Below are positions 9,908-19,514 of a DNA stretch of 64,000 bases, in pieces. Under the pieces are notes generated by a model. That model searched no databases. It saw only the letters and a list, made by a program, of their open reading frames with translations, and was not told the DNA's origin. Each line of letters starts with the position of its first letter. Within the stretch, counting starts at the first letter, position 1. This stretch comes from Spirochaetota bacterium. GTDB lineage: Bacteria; Spirochaetota; UBA4802; UBA5550. The position numbers were made by a program, and so were the translations under genes. Location: NCBI GenBank assembly GCA_963664815.2, contig CAXXHB010000003.1:384001-448000 (forward strand), written 5' to 3'.

Positions 9908-11572
9908 GTGCAATATATGGTACTTACTACTTCGACCCTGACAATTATCGGGTTGGCAATCTGGACTTTTGGATTTTTAATCATCAGCGGATACCTGCAG
10001 AAAACTTATCTCAAATTTAAGCCAGGCAGGAAAGTTCCGGCAGTTGAATTCCGTGATGACGTGGATTTTTATCCAGCTAATCCGGTAACTCTGTTTGGAG
10101 ATCACTGGGCTTCAATTGCCGGTGGAGCTCCTTTAGCCGGAGGAGCAACCGGTGCTATGTGGGGTTTTCTGCCCGCATTCCTTTACATCACCGTAGGTAA
10201 CATATTTCTGGGATCACCCCATGACTATGCTACAATGCATCTATCCATGCGCAAAAAAGGTATGACTATAGGGCTCCTTATCAGGGAACTTATAAGTGAA
10301 AGAGCCGGTAAGATGGGTGTTTTTCTCGGATGGTGCAGTATTGCTGCGTTTATGGCTGTTTTTTTAACAGCGCTTGCCAAGCTTTTCGTGGCTACTCCTG
10401 AAATGACACTTCCTACATTTGCGTTCACAGGCTGCGGAGTTATGATGGGTTTTCTGATTTATAAGTTCGGCTGGTCAGTAACAAGAGCGACAGCTATTGG
10501 TATAGTTATAGTTGCAATTTGTATTGTTCTGGGTATGTATCACCCGATAAGTTTACCGTTTTATGTCTGGTTTGCTATTTTCACTATTTACCCGGTTGTT
10601 TCAGCTTCTATTCCTGCCTGGATGCTGGTTGAACCGAGAAACTTTCTTAATTTCTGTTTTATGTGCGTAGGTGCGACAGCACTGTTAATCGGCTGTATCG
10701 TTGGTAATATTCCAATTCAGCTGCCGGCAGTTATAGCCACCACAAAACAGGGTCCACTATGGCCTATGCTGTTTTTAACGATCTCATGCGGAGCATTAAC
10801 CGGAATGCACTCTTTCTGGACAACGGGATATACTTCAAGACGTGTTCCTGATGAGAAATATGTACGTATTATCGGTTACGGCGGCGAAGTGCTTGAAGGT
10901 CTCACTGCATTTGTAGCCCTGGCTTCTGCAGCTGTTCTTCCGTTAGCTGTATACACTGAATATATAGCCAAGGGCTGGATATTTATACTTCAGAACGGCT
11001 ATGCACAGATTGCAGGAAGTGTATTTACTTTTATTACCTATCACTCCTGGGCTGTGTGGGGAGGATTGCTTGGAAGTATTTTTATGATCACAACGCTGGA
11101 ATCCGGCGCACGAAATATGAGAATTTTTATGCTGGAACTCTGGGGAATGTTTGTTAAACCTGTATCTCCTAATAATGGGGCGGCTAAATGGGGAGCTGCA
11201 TCTCTTTCACTTGTTGCCTGTGCTGCATTATCTCTTTCCGGAGGATGGTTCTATATCTGGATTCTATTCCCCGCGCTATCAAGTCTGCTTGCGTTGATGT
11301 CATTCATGACAGTTATCATATGGCTTAAGCTGGTTGGAAGACCTACAGGGTATTTCTGGTTTGCATTGCTAATCACAACTTTTGTCATAGCATTACCGGG
11401 AGCAGGTTACCTCAGCTATACGTATATAGTTAAAGGTATGTATCATCTTGCCTGGATACCGGCTCTTGCGATTGTACTGACAGCATTTTTCTATGTTGAC
11501 TTCTTCAAGAAAAAGAATTCAATAACTGCTCAGGAAATTGAAATAGCTTCAAAAGTTGAAGAAGCTGTTTAA
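9908..11572 (+). CDS. CstA-family (carbon starvation/BtsT-like) transporter
   Basis: PAVEFRDDVDFYP, LFGDHWASIAGGAPLAG, GSPHDY, PLWPMLFLTISCGALTGMH, many TM helices; AGGAGAG RBS. Confidence 0.88.
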   Translation: MQYMVLTTSTLTIIGLAIWTFGFLIISGYLQKTYLKFKPGRKVPAVEFRDDVDFYPANPVTLFGDHWASIAGGAPLAGGATGAMWGFLPAFLYITVGNIFLGSPHDYATMHLSMRKKGMTIGLLIRELISERAGKMGVFLGWCSIAAFMAVFLTALAKLFVATPEMTLPTFAFTGCGVMMGFLIYKFGWSVTRATAIGIVIVAICIVLGMYHPISLPFYVWFAIFTIYPVVSASIPAWMLVEPRNFLNFCFMCVGATALLIGCIVGNIPIQLPAVIATTKQGPLWPMLFLTISCGALTGMHSFWTTGYTSRRVPDEKYVRIIGYGGEVLEGLTAFVALASAAVLPLAVYTEYIAKGWIFILQNGYAQIAGSVFTFITYHSWAVWGGLLGSIFMITTLESGARNMRIFMLELWGMFVKPVSPNNGAAKWGAASLSLVACAALSLSGGWFYIWILFPALSSLLALMSFMTVIIWLKLVGRPTGYFWFALLITTFVIALPGAGYLSYTYIVKGMYHLAWIPALAIVLTAFFYVDFFKKKNSITAQEIEIASKVEEAV

Positions 11573-11652
11573 GGGTATCACAGTCTCAGGTTGAAAATAT
11601 AGATCCCTCAGAAATAAGAGGAATTAAAAATGGTTTTAATTTGAAAATATAG

Positions 11653-11690
11653 CGATAACCGGGTGAAGTCTTCTTTACCCGGTTTTATCG
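11653..11690 (+). terminator. Intrinsic terminator after the CstA gene
   Basis: AACCGGGTGAAG-tctt-CTTTACCCGGTT hairpin followed by T run. Confidence 0.65.
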
Positions 11691-11925
11691 TTAAGATAAA
11701 TCACAAGAGGGACTGTTGTGAGATGCTTATAAAATATTGATAGACAGAACAGTAAATATTTATTAAATTATAATTCAGTAAGATTTGCTGTAATATTATA
11801 TGAAATAATGCTTAATGGGATGATTCGTTTCAATTAAATCCCGTATATTTTTTCAGGATATCATAAGCATTAGCGTTATCTGTGTGAAGGTTTGAAGCAG
11901 TAAAAAAATCAGGAGGTGTTAAATA

Positions 11926-12192
11926 ATGCAAAATGGTGAATTAACACAGGTTCAAAAACTTTATCTTGAAGCTTTAAAAGACGGTCCAAAAGAATCAGGT
12001 CAACTAACGACTATTGTGCGAAATAGGCTTACTCAGATTAAAAGCGGGAATAATCCTGTAGGAGCGACAGGGAGAGCTCAGGCAGTGCTGGATGAGCTTG
12101 AAAAAGACGGTTATATTGTTGTAATATCGAAGAAGCTTTTCGGTGGTAAAAAATATGACATTACAGATAAAGGTAAAGGAATTATTGGTTAG
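11926..12192 (+). CDS. Small winged-helix (PadR-like) protein
   Basis: LEALKDGP, LDELEKDGYI, KKYDITDKG wHTH pattern; AGGAGGT RBS. Confidence 0.7.
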   Translation: MQNGELTQVQKLYLEALKDGPKESGQLTTIVRNRLTQIKSGNNPVGATGRAQAVLDELEKDGYIVVISKKLFGGKKYDITDKGKGIIG

Positions 12193-12198
12193 GACAGC

Positions 12199-13167
12199 AT
12201 GACAAAAATGCATCAGGCGAAATTAGAGATCCTTAATAACCGCTTGGATCGTCTGGAAAAAGACGTTCAGAGAATACAGGCTTATAATGGCAAGGGGATG
12301 AAGGCTGATAATTCGCTCAATGATGTATACTCCAGTTTTGTAAACATGGGAGAAATCCTTAAGCAGACTCAGGCAGAGAATAACAACAAAACAGATGAAT
12401 TAAATGATATATGTGTAAGGTATAAAGATCTGTTTGCTAAATTTGAGTTCGTTGCAGATGAATTCAATTCGCAGAACAAAGGTATGGTTCTCGTAAGTAA
12501 AAGAGCCATACCTGAATTTTTTTATAATATAACCATGCGCTATCGCAGGTTCTGGAATATATATGAGAAGATTGCAACCTTCTTTGGAGTTGGAATTATC
12601 GCTTTCACTTTAATCATATTGACATACTTTTCTGCTTATGGTCACTTCCCGTTGTTACAACAAAACAGTGGAGGAACACAGGCGATAAAAGCTTTTGGGT
12701 TTATAGCTGGTCTTGTTATAGGGCTATGTGTGCATGAATTTGCTCATGGAGTTGTTCTTGCTAATAATGGCATTAAAATCAAACAGGTAGGTGTGATGGC
12801 AGGTTCTATGGTCGGAGGATTTATAGAGGCTGAAGAGACTACTTTTTTCCAGGCTGACCGGAGAGTACATTTAAGATTTAATGCATCGAGTATCGGAACC
12901 AATGCTTTGCTGGCTGTATTATTGGGATTAATTGCGATGTTAACTTCTTCCGGACTTTTATTATACCTGTCATTAGGAAATCTGTTTTTTGGCATAATAA
13001 ATTCATTTCCGATTCTCCCTCTGGACGGGGGATGGGTTTATGAAGATTTAATTAATATTTACCTGACAAATAAAATCATCAGAAAGATACTACTATATGC
13101 AAGATTTGCCTTTGCCATACTTTGGCTAATCCTTTTTACTTTTTCTGTTCTCTCGTATCATTCATAG
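12199..13167 (+). CDS. Site-2 protease (M50) family intramembrane metalloprotease with N-terminal coiled coil
   Basis: HEFAH zinc motif and NSFPILPLDGG motif; TM helices. Confidence 0.85.
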   Translation: MTKMHQAKLEILNNRLDRLEKDVQRIQAYNGKGMKADNSLNDVYSSFVNMGEILKQTQAENNNKTDELNDICVRYKDLFAKFEFVADEFNSQNKGMVLVSKRAIPEFFYNITMRYRRFWNIYEKIATFFGVGIIAFTLIILTYFSAYGHFPLLQQNSGGTQAIKAFGFIAGLVIGLCVHEFAHGVVLANNGIKIKQVGVMAGSMVGGFIEAEETTFFQADRRVHLRFNASSIGTNALLAVLLGLIAMLTSSGLLLYLSLGNLFFGIINSFPILPLDGGWVYEDLINIYLTNKIIRKILLYARFAFAILWLILFTFSVLSYHS

Positions 13168-13524
13168 CATGTTAACCAATATCAGCGGACGTTGAGTAAT
13201 TAGCCGTTTTGCTGTTAAGTGTTTTGTTAGGTGCTGCATCAGTTTCAGATGTTTGGGTTATAGTTTTGCATATATTATAACTTATCCATGTATGTAGTAA
13301 CATTCAGCGGGGAGAGAACAGCTGAATCGGTCTGAGTATGAAATTTACAGATGAAACCTGATAAGAATCTGCTCAAAGTATCCTTTATGAACCTGAAATA
13401 TTCATCGTACACCGGACTTCACAAAACATTTACATTTAAAAAATGAGACCCATGACTGTGAAATTATAAATCAGTTTATAGTCATGAGTCATCAGATCAA
13501 TTTTTTTCTACCGGTAGATCCATG

Positions 13525-13728
13525 TTATTTAAAATTGAAACCGGATGCATTATCAACTTCCTTTTTCATATCATCTTCTTTATCTGTTTTAGTTGCTGAA
13601 GCATCAGTTTTCTTTTCTTCAGCCGCAACCGGAGAAGACTTATCTGCTTTTTTGCAGCTTGTGAAAGCAAAACCTGACGTTAATACCAAAGTAAGTACAC
13701 ACATTACAGCGAGAATCTCTTTCTTCAT
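13525..13728 (-). CDS. Small lipoprotein (67 aa)
   Basis: MKK + hydrophobic stretch + FTSC lipobox, charged low-complexity tail; AGGAG RBS. Confidence 0.7.
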   Translation of the reverse strand: MKKEILAVMCVLTLVLTSGFAFTSCKKADKSSPVAAEEKKTDASATKTDKEDDMKKEVDNASGFNFK

Positions 13729-14048
13729 AAAAATACAACTCCTGTTATAATAATTTTTTAACCCTTAATATATCATGGGTTAAAAAAAGCAAAAATATTT
13801 TTTAAATTTTTTTATTTTGAATAAAGTACAGCGTGAGTATCGTTGATAAGGTGAAGCGATGATTGTTGCGAAGTAAAATTTTTATGTTGAGTAATCTGCC
13901 ATTCAACATCCATCTGTTGGTATACTTTTTCGGATTACGGATTTCTTTCTTATATGTTTTAACTTCTTCGGGGCAACTAAGATGAAACCACTACGTATTC
14001 AATTCGGCATTCCGGAGTTGAAAGTCCTACCGGATGATGTGAAAAAAA

Positions 14049-14064
14049 TGTCAACTTTCTGACG
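14049..14064. promoter_or_regulatory. UAS box TGTCA-N6-TGACG upstream of the hdr operon
   Basis: TGTCAactttcTGACG about 160 bp upstream of the -24 element; further TGACA at 14105-14109. Confidence 0.6.
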
Positions 14065-14221
14065 CCACTATTCAAAAAACGGGCACATCTTAATTCTGAA
14101 AATCTGACAATTGAAAAATATTATTAATAAAACACAGAATGAATAAGAATATTAATAATAAAACCTGTTTAAACTGGAAGAATTTAGCTTAAAGAGGCGC
14201 TTTATAATGGTTTTTATAGCT

Positions 14222-14237
14222 TGGCATGATTATTGCA
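14222..14237 (+). promoter_or_regulatory. Sigma-54 (-24/-12) promoter of the hdr/CoA-transferase operon
   Basis: TGGCATGATTATTGCA, near-consensus with exact GG-N10-GC spacing. Confidence 0.85.
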
Positions 14238-14289
14238 TATTTATAATAAATAATAATACAAAAATATTTATTTTTTTTGGAGGTATAGT

Positions 14290-14883
14290 TTGCCACGAGA
14301 ATCGGAAAAAGATTGGGACGATCAGCTATTCCAGAAAGTTGACAGATATAAACTGGCCCAGAATCTTGAAAGCTGTCTTCAATGCGGGAAATGCACGGGT
14401 AACTGCCCGGTTGCTGCGCTTACTACTTCTTATAATCCAAGGGCAATTATCAATGATATACTATCAGGGAATATATCCAGACTGCTGGACAGCGAAGAAA
14501 TCTGGAGATGTTTCTGGTGTGCAAATTGTTACAGGGTATGTCCGGTTGATATCAGTTATCCAATGCTTATGATGCAGCTCAGATATTTGGCACTTGAAAA
14601 TGGATACGGATTAAAATATGTCGTCAATATAAATAAATTTACATACAAAGCTCTTGATGAAGGTCTGAGTTTTGTACCCGGTGCGAAAGGTATAGAACGT
14701 ATAAAAAAACTTCGCACTGCGATAAACGTTTCTCCATGGCCTGAAGTATCAGAAAGGGCTAAAAAGGAATACAGGGAAATATTTGAACAAACCGGAGCCG
14801 TGGCGTGGATGAAAAAGATTGAATCTCAGGAGGAGAAAGGACTGAGAATGAGCTTCGCAGAAGGGAGAATTACAAATGAGTGA
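14290..14883 (+). CDS. hdrC: Heterodisulfide reductase subunit C-like (HdrC1)
   Basis: CLQCGKCTGNCP and IWRCFWCANCYRVCP; TTG start after GGAGG. Confidence 0.88.
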   Translation: MPRESEKDWDDQLFQKVDRYKLAQNLESCLQCGKCTGNCPVAALTTSYNPRAIINDILSGNISRLLDSEEIWRCFWCANCYRVCPVDISYPMLMMQLRYLALENGYGLKYVVNINKFTYKALDEGLSFVPGAKGIERIKKLRTAINVSPWPEVSERAKKEYREIFEQTGAVAWMKKIESQEEKGLRMSFAEGRITNE

Positions 14884-15835
14884 TAATATTCAAGTCAGGG
14901 TAATCAGACCGGAAGAACGGATACCGGAGATACCGGAAAAAATATTTCTTTTCCGCAGCTGTACCGGAAGCATGGAATACCCTGGAACAGAGCTTGCTGT
15001 CAAAACAGTACTGTCAAAAATCGGTGTTGAGGTTATAATGGATCCGGACCAGACATGCTGTTCGGGATATATACTAACATGTTCCGGGTATACACCTGAA
15101 GCTTCACTGGCGGTAACTGCAAGGAACCTCGCTATGGTTGAACAGAAGTATAATCTGGATACATATGCCTTTTGTAATGGATGCTTCGGATATATGCGCG
15201 AGTTGTCTCACATAGTAAATCATGCACCCGGCATGAAAGAGCAGGTGAATGAGCTTATAGGAAAATGGGGATATAATTATAAAGGTAAAACTACAATTTA
15301 TCATGTGCAGGAATTGTATTATCTATTGATAGATAGAATCAAATCTCTTGTTGTACGGCCTCTTAACGGTTTGCGGGTGGCATCACATTACGGCTGCCAT
15401 TACCTTGCTCAGCAGTATGGAATTCTTGATGATGGTGATTTGCCGACATTTCATGAAAAGATATATGAAGTTCTTGGAGCAACACCGGTTTTTTACAAAG
15501 AGAGAAGAATGTGTTGTGGTTATGCAGTAGGACGGGGATTTACTCACAAAGAAAGTATGGTGCAGCCTCATCTGTCAAGGAAATTTGACAGCGCCAAAGC
15601 GGAAGGAGTACAGCTTATGACTACTGTCTGTCCGGGATGTAACACAGGGCTTGACAGGGAACAGTCTAATCTTGCGGCAAAGGGATTCGGCCCTTATAAT
15701 ATTCCTGTTATAGATCTGTCTCAACTGATCGGGCTCGCTATTGGTTTGCCGATAAAAAGCCTCGGATTTCAGGCAAACAGCGTATCTATGGATGGTGTAT
15801 TAAATTTTTTGGGATTAAATAAGGAGATCGATTGA
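14876..15835 (+). CDS. hdrB: Heterodisulfide reductase subunit B-like (HdrB1)
   Basis: Two CCG domains: FRSC..EYPG..DQTCCSG..CNGC and HYGCH..MCCGY..CPGC. Confidence 0.88.
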   Translation: MSDNIQVRVIRPEERIPEIPEKIFLFRSCTGSMEYPGTELAVKTVLSKIGVEVIMDPDQTCCSGYILTCSGYTPEASLAVTARNLAMVEQKYNLDTYAFCNGCFGYMRELSHIVNHAPGMKEQVNELIGKWGYNYKGKTTIYHVQELYYLLIDRIKSLVVRPLNGLRVASHYGCHYLAQQYGILDDGDLPTFHEKIYEVLGATPVFYKERRMCCGYAVGRGFTHKESMVQPHLSRKFDSAKAEGVQLMTTVCPGCNTGLDREQSNLAAKGFGPYNIPVIDLSQLIGLAIGLPIKSLGFQANSVSMDGVLNFLGLNKEID

Positions 15836-16878
15836 TGAAAGATAAAACTGTTCTTGTAATAGGCGGCGGAATAGCCGGGATGGAAGCCGCATTGCAGATT
15901 GGTAATTCCGGTTATAAAGTTATGCTTGTGGAAAAAGAAAACTCACTCGGGGGAACTCTCCTCAACCTGTACAGCAGTTTCCCTCGGTGGGAGGATCCTG
16001 CCAGACTTGTGCAGATGAAATATGATGATCTTAAAAATTGCGGGAATGTTCAGATAAAAACCGGAACAGTACCTGTTGCAAGCACAAAGCAGGGAAAGGG
16101 ATACATTGTAGAACTCAAGGGTACTGACGGGCAGAATGATAAAGTTCAGGCTGATGCAGTTGTAATTGCAACGGGTTTCGGGCTTTTTGATGTTTCTGCA
16201 TATGGCGAATATGGATATGGCGAATATGATAATGTTCTCAATACACTCGAGTTTGAAGCGAAACTGAAGGAGTGGATTGAAGATAAATCAGGAATGATAA
16301 AAAAACCCAAGACAATTGCTTTTATCAAATGTGTCGGCTCGCGGGACAGGTCAAAAGGGTATCCTTACTGTTCTAAAATTTGCTGCATGATAACTGCAAA
16401 ACAGGCTGGACTTGTTAAAGATATTCTCCCGGACGCAAAATGTTTCGTTTTTTACATGGATTACCGTGCAGCGGGAAAGGAATACGAGGAATTTGTGCGT
16501 ACTGTTATTGAAGAAAAGCATGTTCGTTATGTCAGAGGCAGACCAGCCAAGATTCTGCCTGAAAACGGCAGAATGACTTTAAGGGTTGAAGATACTCTTA
16601 TGGGTGTACCTGTTGAGGTAAGGGCTGATATGGTTGTACTGGCTGCTGCAATAGAACCGAGTGCGGGGACAAAGCAAATGGCGGAGATTTTCAGACTGGA
16701 GTCAGATCATTACGGATTTTTGGAGACGGTTTACGGAAGTCCTTCAAGAGCATCTGATATGATTTTTGTCGCGGGTTCGTGTACATATGCGGTAGAGACA
16801 AAAGGGGCCCTGCAGCAGGGAGCATCAGCAGCAGCTGAAGTATTGGCCATGTTCGGCCGTGAAAATACAGGAGAATGA
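15835..16878 (+). CDS. hdrA: Short HdrA-like flavoprotein (no ferredoxin insert or C-terminal ferredoxin domains)
   Basis: VIGGGIAGMEAA, CVGSRD, YCSKICCM..KQA, FYMDYRAAGK, GRPAKI; about 347 aa. Confidence 0.88.
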   Translation: MKDKTVLVIGGGIAGMEAALQIGNSGYKVMLVEKENSLGGTLLNLYSSFPRWEDPARLVQMKYDDLKNCGNVQIKTGTVPVASTKQGKGYIVELKGTDGQNDKVQADAVVIATGFGLFDVSAYGEYGYGEYDNVLNTLEFEAKLKEWIEDKSGMIKKPKTIAFIKCVGSRDRSKGYPYCSKICCMITAKQAGLVKDILPDAKCFVFYMDYRAAGKEYEEFVRTVIEEKHVRYVRGRPAKILPENGRMTLRVEDTLMGVPVEVRADMVVLAAAIEPSAGTKQMAEIFRLESDHYGFLETVYGSPSRASDMIFVAGSCTYAVETKGALQQGASAAAEVLAMFGRENTGE

Positions 16879-16879
16879 T

Positions 16880-17476
16880 ATGTCAGAAACAGTCCGGCAG
16901 ACATCAGAAGTTTTTTATCATTTAGTAAAACTGGATGAAACAGACAATAGACTGGCTGATGAAATAAAACAGAGCTGCGGTGTTGATATTGAGATGTGTC
17001 TGGAATGCGGTAAATGCACTGGCGGCTGTTCAAATACTCATATATTCGATTTTACACCACGGAAAATTATACAGCTTATAAAACTCGGACAGGAGGATAA
17101 ACTGTTGCATATGGATTCTCTGTGGACATGTGTTTCATGTCAACTCTGCTTTGACCGCTGCCCTTCAGGGATCAGCGTAGCCAGAATTATGGATTACCTT
17201 CGTGAAAAAAGTCATAAAAAAAATATTAAACCCTCACGTGAAAACGTTATGCTGTTCCATGAAATAGTATTGAGGTCAGTTCAGCATTCAGGAAGGCTTC
17301 ATGAACTTGGTTCCGTTATGCAGTTCAATATAAAAAGCGGAATGTTATTCAAGGATACGGAGCTTGGCATTAAAATGTTTTTTAAAGGCAAATTGAGTCT
17401 TTTTCATTTTAAAATCAAAGGCGTAAAACAGGTAAGACGCTTATTTAAATATTTTTATGCCGGGGGTGAAAAATAA
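16880..17476 (+). CDS. hdrC: Heterodisulfide reductase subunit C-like (HdrC2)
   Basis: CLECGKCTGGCS and LWTCVSCQLCFDRCP; ATG 16880 after AGGAG. Confidence 0.88.
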   Translation: MSETVRQTSEVFYHLVKLDETDNRLADEIKQSCGVDIEMCLECGKCTGGCSNTHIFDFTPRKIIQLIKLGQEDKLLHMDSLWTCVSCQLCFDRCPSGISVARIMDYLREKSHKKNIKPSRENVMLFHEIVLRSVQHSGRLHELGSVMQFNIKSGMLFKDTELGIKMFFKGKLSLFHFKIKGVKQVRRLFKYFYAGGEK

Positions 17477-18351
17477 TGATAAATGTAGCTTATTATCCCG
17501 GTTGTTCTTTAAAAGGAATGGCCAGCGAATATGATAAATCATCCCGCATTGTGTGCAGCCACCTGGGAATAAAACTTCATGAAATTAAAAACTGGAATTG
17601 CTGCGGGGCCACATCGGCTCACAGTTTAAATCATAACCTTGATATAAGTCTTTCAGCCCGTAATCTTGATATTGTAAAAAGCATGAACCTTGACCATGTG
17701 ACAAGTCCATGTCCTGGATGTTTTAGCCGCCTTAAAGGTTCATCTTTTGAAATGAGGAATAACACGGCAGTCAGAAATACAGTCGAGAAATTCCTGGGGA
17801 GATCCGCACCTGTTGAGCCCGAGGTCAGCAGTATGGTTCAGCTTATTGTTGAGAATAACAGTATGAAAGAGATTGCAAGTCATGTGGTAAAACCTCTTAA
17901 CGGGCTGAAAGCAGCCGTGTACTACGGGTGCCTTCTTACAAGGCCAAAAAAGATTGTGGGATTTGATGATCCGGAAAAGCCGATGTCTCTGGATTTTATA
18001 ATGCAGTCTGTTGGAGCTGAGACCGTCACCTGGGGCTGTAAAGCCGAATGCTGCGGGGGCGGATACTCTGTTTCGGAAACAGATATCGTTATGGATCTTT
18101 CATCCAGAATTTTGGAGTCAGCCCATCAGTCAGGTGCTGAGGCTATTGTTGTTGCATGTCCGCTTTGTCAGGCTAACCTGGATACAAGGCAGAAAGCTAT
18201 CAGTGAAAAGCAGGGGATTAAGTATAATTTACCTGTTATCTACTTTACTCAGCTTATGGGACTTGCTTACGGAGATAAGTCTTCGTCACTGGGGTTCAGG
18301 CGTCTGTTTATCAGTCCATTCAAACTTTTAAAATCAAAGGGGCTGATATAA
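17476..18351 (+). CDS. hdrB: Heterodisulfide reductase subunit B (HdrB2)
   Basis: YYPGCS, WNCCGA, PCPGC, YYGCL, ECCGG, ACPLCQANLD, PVIYFTQLMGLA. Confidence 0.9.
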   Translation: MINVAYYPGCSLKGMASEYDKSSRIVCSHLGIKLHEIKNWNCCGATSAHSLNHNLDISLSARNLDIVKSMNLDHVTSPCPGCFSRLKGSSFEMRNNTAVRNTVEKFLGRSAPVEPEVSSMVQLIVENNSMKEIASHVVKPLNGLKAAVYYGCLLTRPKKIVGFDDPEKPMSLDFIMQSVGAETVTWGCKAECCGGGYSVSETDIVMDLSSRILESAHQSGAEAIVVACPLCQANLDTRQKAISEKQGIKYNLPVIYFTQLMGLAYGDKSSSLGFRRLFISPFKLLKSKGLI

Positions 18352-18527
18352 AAATAAAAAATTAAGGAGGTAATAAAAAGACTGCCTGAAAGCTGGGGCT
18401 TTTCAGACAGCTTTTATAAAAAACACAAAGATCATTTTTCACACTTAATTGTTATTTTCAGGAGTTAGAATTAAGAGTTACTCAATGACTTAAAGGCATT
18501 TTAATATTAATCAAGGAGTGAAATCAA

Positions 18528-19514
18528 GTGAAAAACAAGCTTATTTCAATACAAGAGGCAGTAAAAAAATATACATGGGACGGTATGACTTTTGCCCATG
18601 GCGGTGCTTTACCTGTAGGTTCCGACTGTATAGCATTCTTTCGTGAAATGGTTCGCAATGGAGTAAAGGATATAAACTGCATTTCAAACTGTAATACACA
18701 GGGATCAAATCTGCTTGCCGGTGCCGGTCTCATGAAACGTATGGAGGTCGGGTTTTCCGGTCTTGAGGTATATGGTTTTGCCAACGGTCTTAAAAGGGTT
18801 GTGGAAAGCGGCAAGACAATTCTTGAAGACTATTCCAATGGAGCAATTCCACTCAGACTCATGGGTGGTGCTTTAGGCTGGCCATTTGTTCCCACATTTA
18901 TATGCACAGGTTCCGGTCAGCAATCCTGTTCTGCTGATGAACCGGATGTTTTTCCAAATAAAAAAAAGATACCCGAGATTAAAGATCCTTTTACCGGAGT
19001 TACAATGGGAGCTATGAAAAGTCTCACGCCTGATCTTGCAGTGATCCATGTAACTATGTCTGATATATACGGGAATGCGATTATGCTTGGTACGGAATGG
19101 AGTCGTTTTGAACTTTCCCGTGCATCTAAAAAGGTTATACTGCAGACAGATTATATTGTTGATACTGACTGTATAAAACAGTTTCCGAACCTTGTGAGGA
19201 TCCCTGATCTTGTTGTTGACGGAGTTGTCTATTGGCCCATGGGTGTATGGCCGGCATGTTCAACAGGTGTTTATGACAGTGATGAAGAACATATGGGGCT
19301 GATGAATAAACTGCTTAAAACAGAGGATGGCACAAAAGAATACATAGATAAATATGTCAGGAGTTACACCACATATGAGGAATACCTGGAAGTTATAGGC
19401 AAGGATAAGATCAAAACTCTCAAAGATACAGCAACCGCATTTTTAATGGATCCTTATAAAAAATGGATAGTAAGCGATTCTGAGATCAAGTCTTCGATGG
19501 GGGGAGGTAAATAA
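18528..19514 (+). CDS. CoA-transferase subunit A (glutaconate CoA-transferase GctA-like), copy 1
   Basis: KLISIQEAV, EDYSNG..LRLMGGALGWPF, DPFTG, PDLAVIHV..SD.YGN. Confidence 0.85.
   Translation: MKNKLISIQEAVKKYTWDGMTFAHGGALPVGSDCIAFFREMVRNGVKDINCISNCNTQGSNLLAGAGLMKRMEVGFSGLEVYGFANGLKRVVESGKTILEDYSNGAIPLRLMGGALGWPFVPTFICTGSGQQSCSADEPDVFPNKKKIPEIKDPFTGVTMGAMKSLTPDLAVIHVTMSDIYGNAIMLGTEWSRFELSRASKKVILQTDYIVDTDCIKQFPNLVRIPDLVVDGVVYWPMGVWPACSTGVYDSDEEHMGLMNKLLKTEDGTKEYIDKYVRSYTTYEEYLEVIGKDKIKTLKDTATAFLMDPYKKWIVSDSEIKSSMGGGK

Noticed and set aside
13305-13410. TPP riboswitch-like words (GGGG..CTGAG..GAACCTGA)
   Set aside because: Spacing and pairing do not fit, the downstream conserved AGCGTAGG segment is absent and no thiamine gene follows
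13965-14040. SAM or c-di-GMP riboswitch-like words upstream of hdr (GGCAAC, GATGAAACC)
   Set aside because: Elements are out of order and lie upstream of the sigma-54 promoter, so they would not be in the transcript
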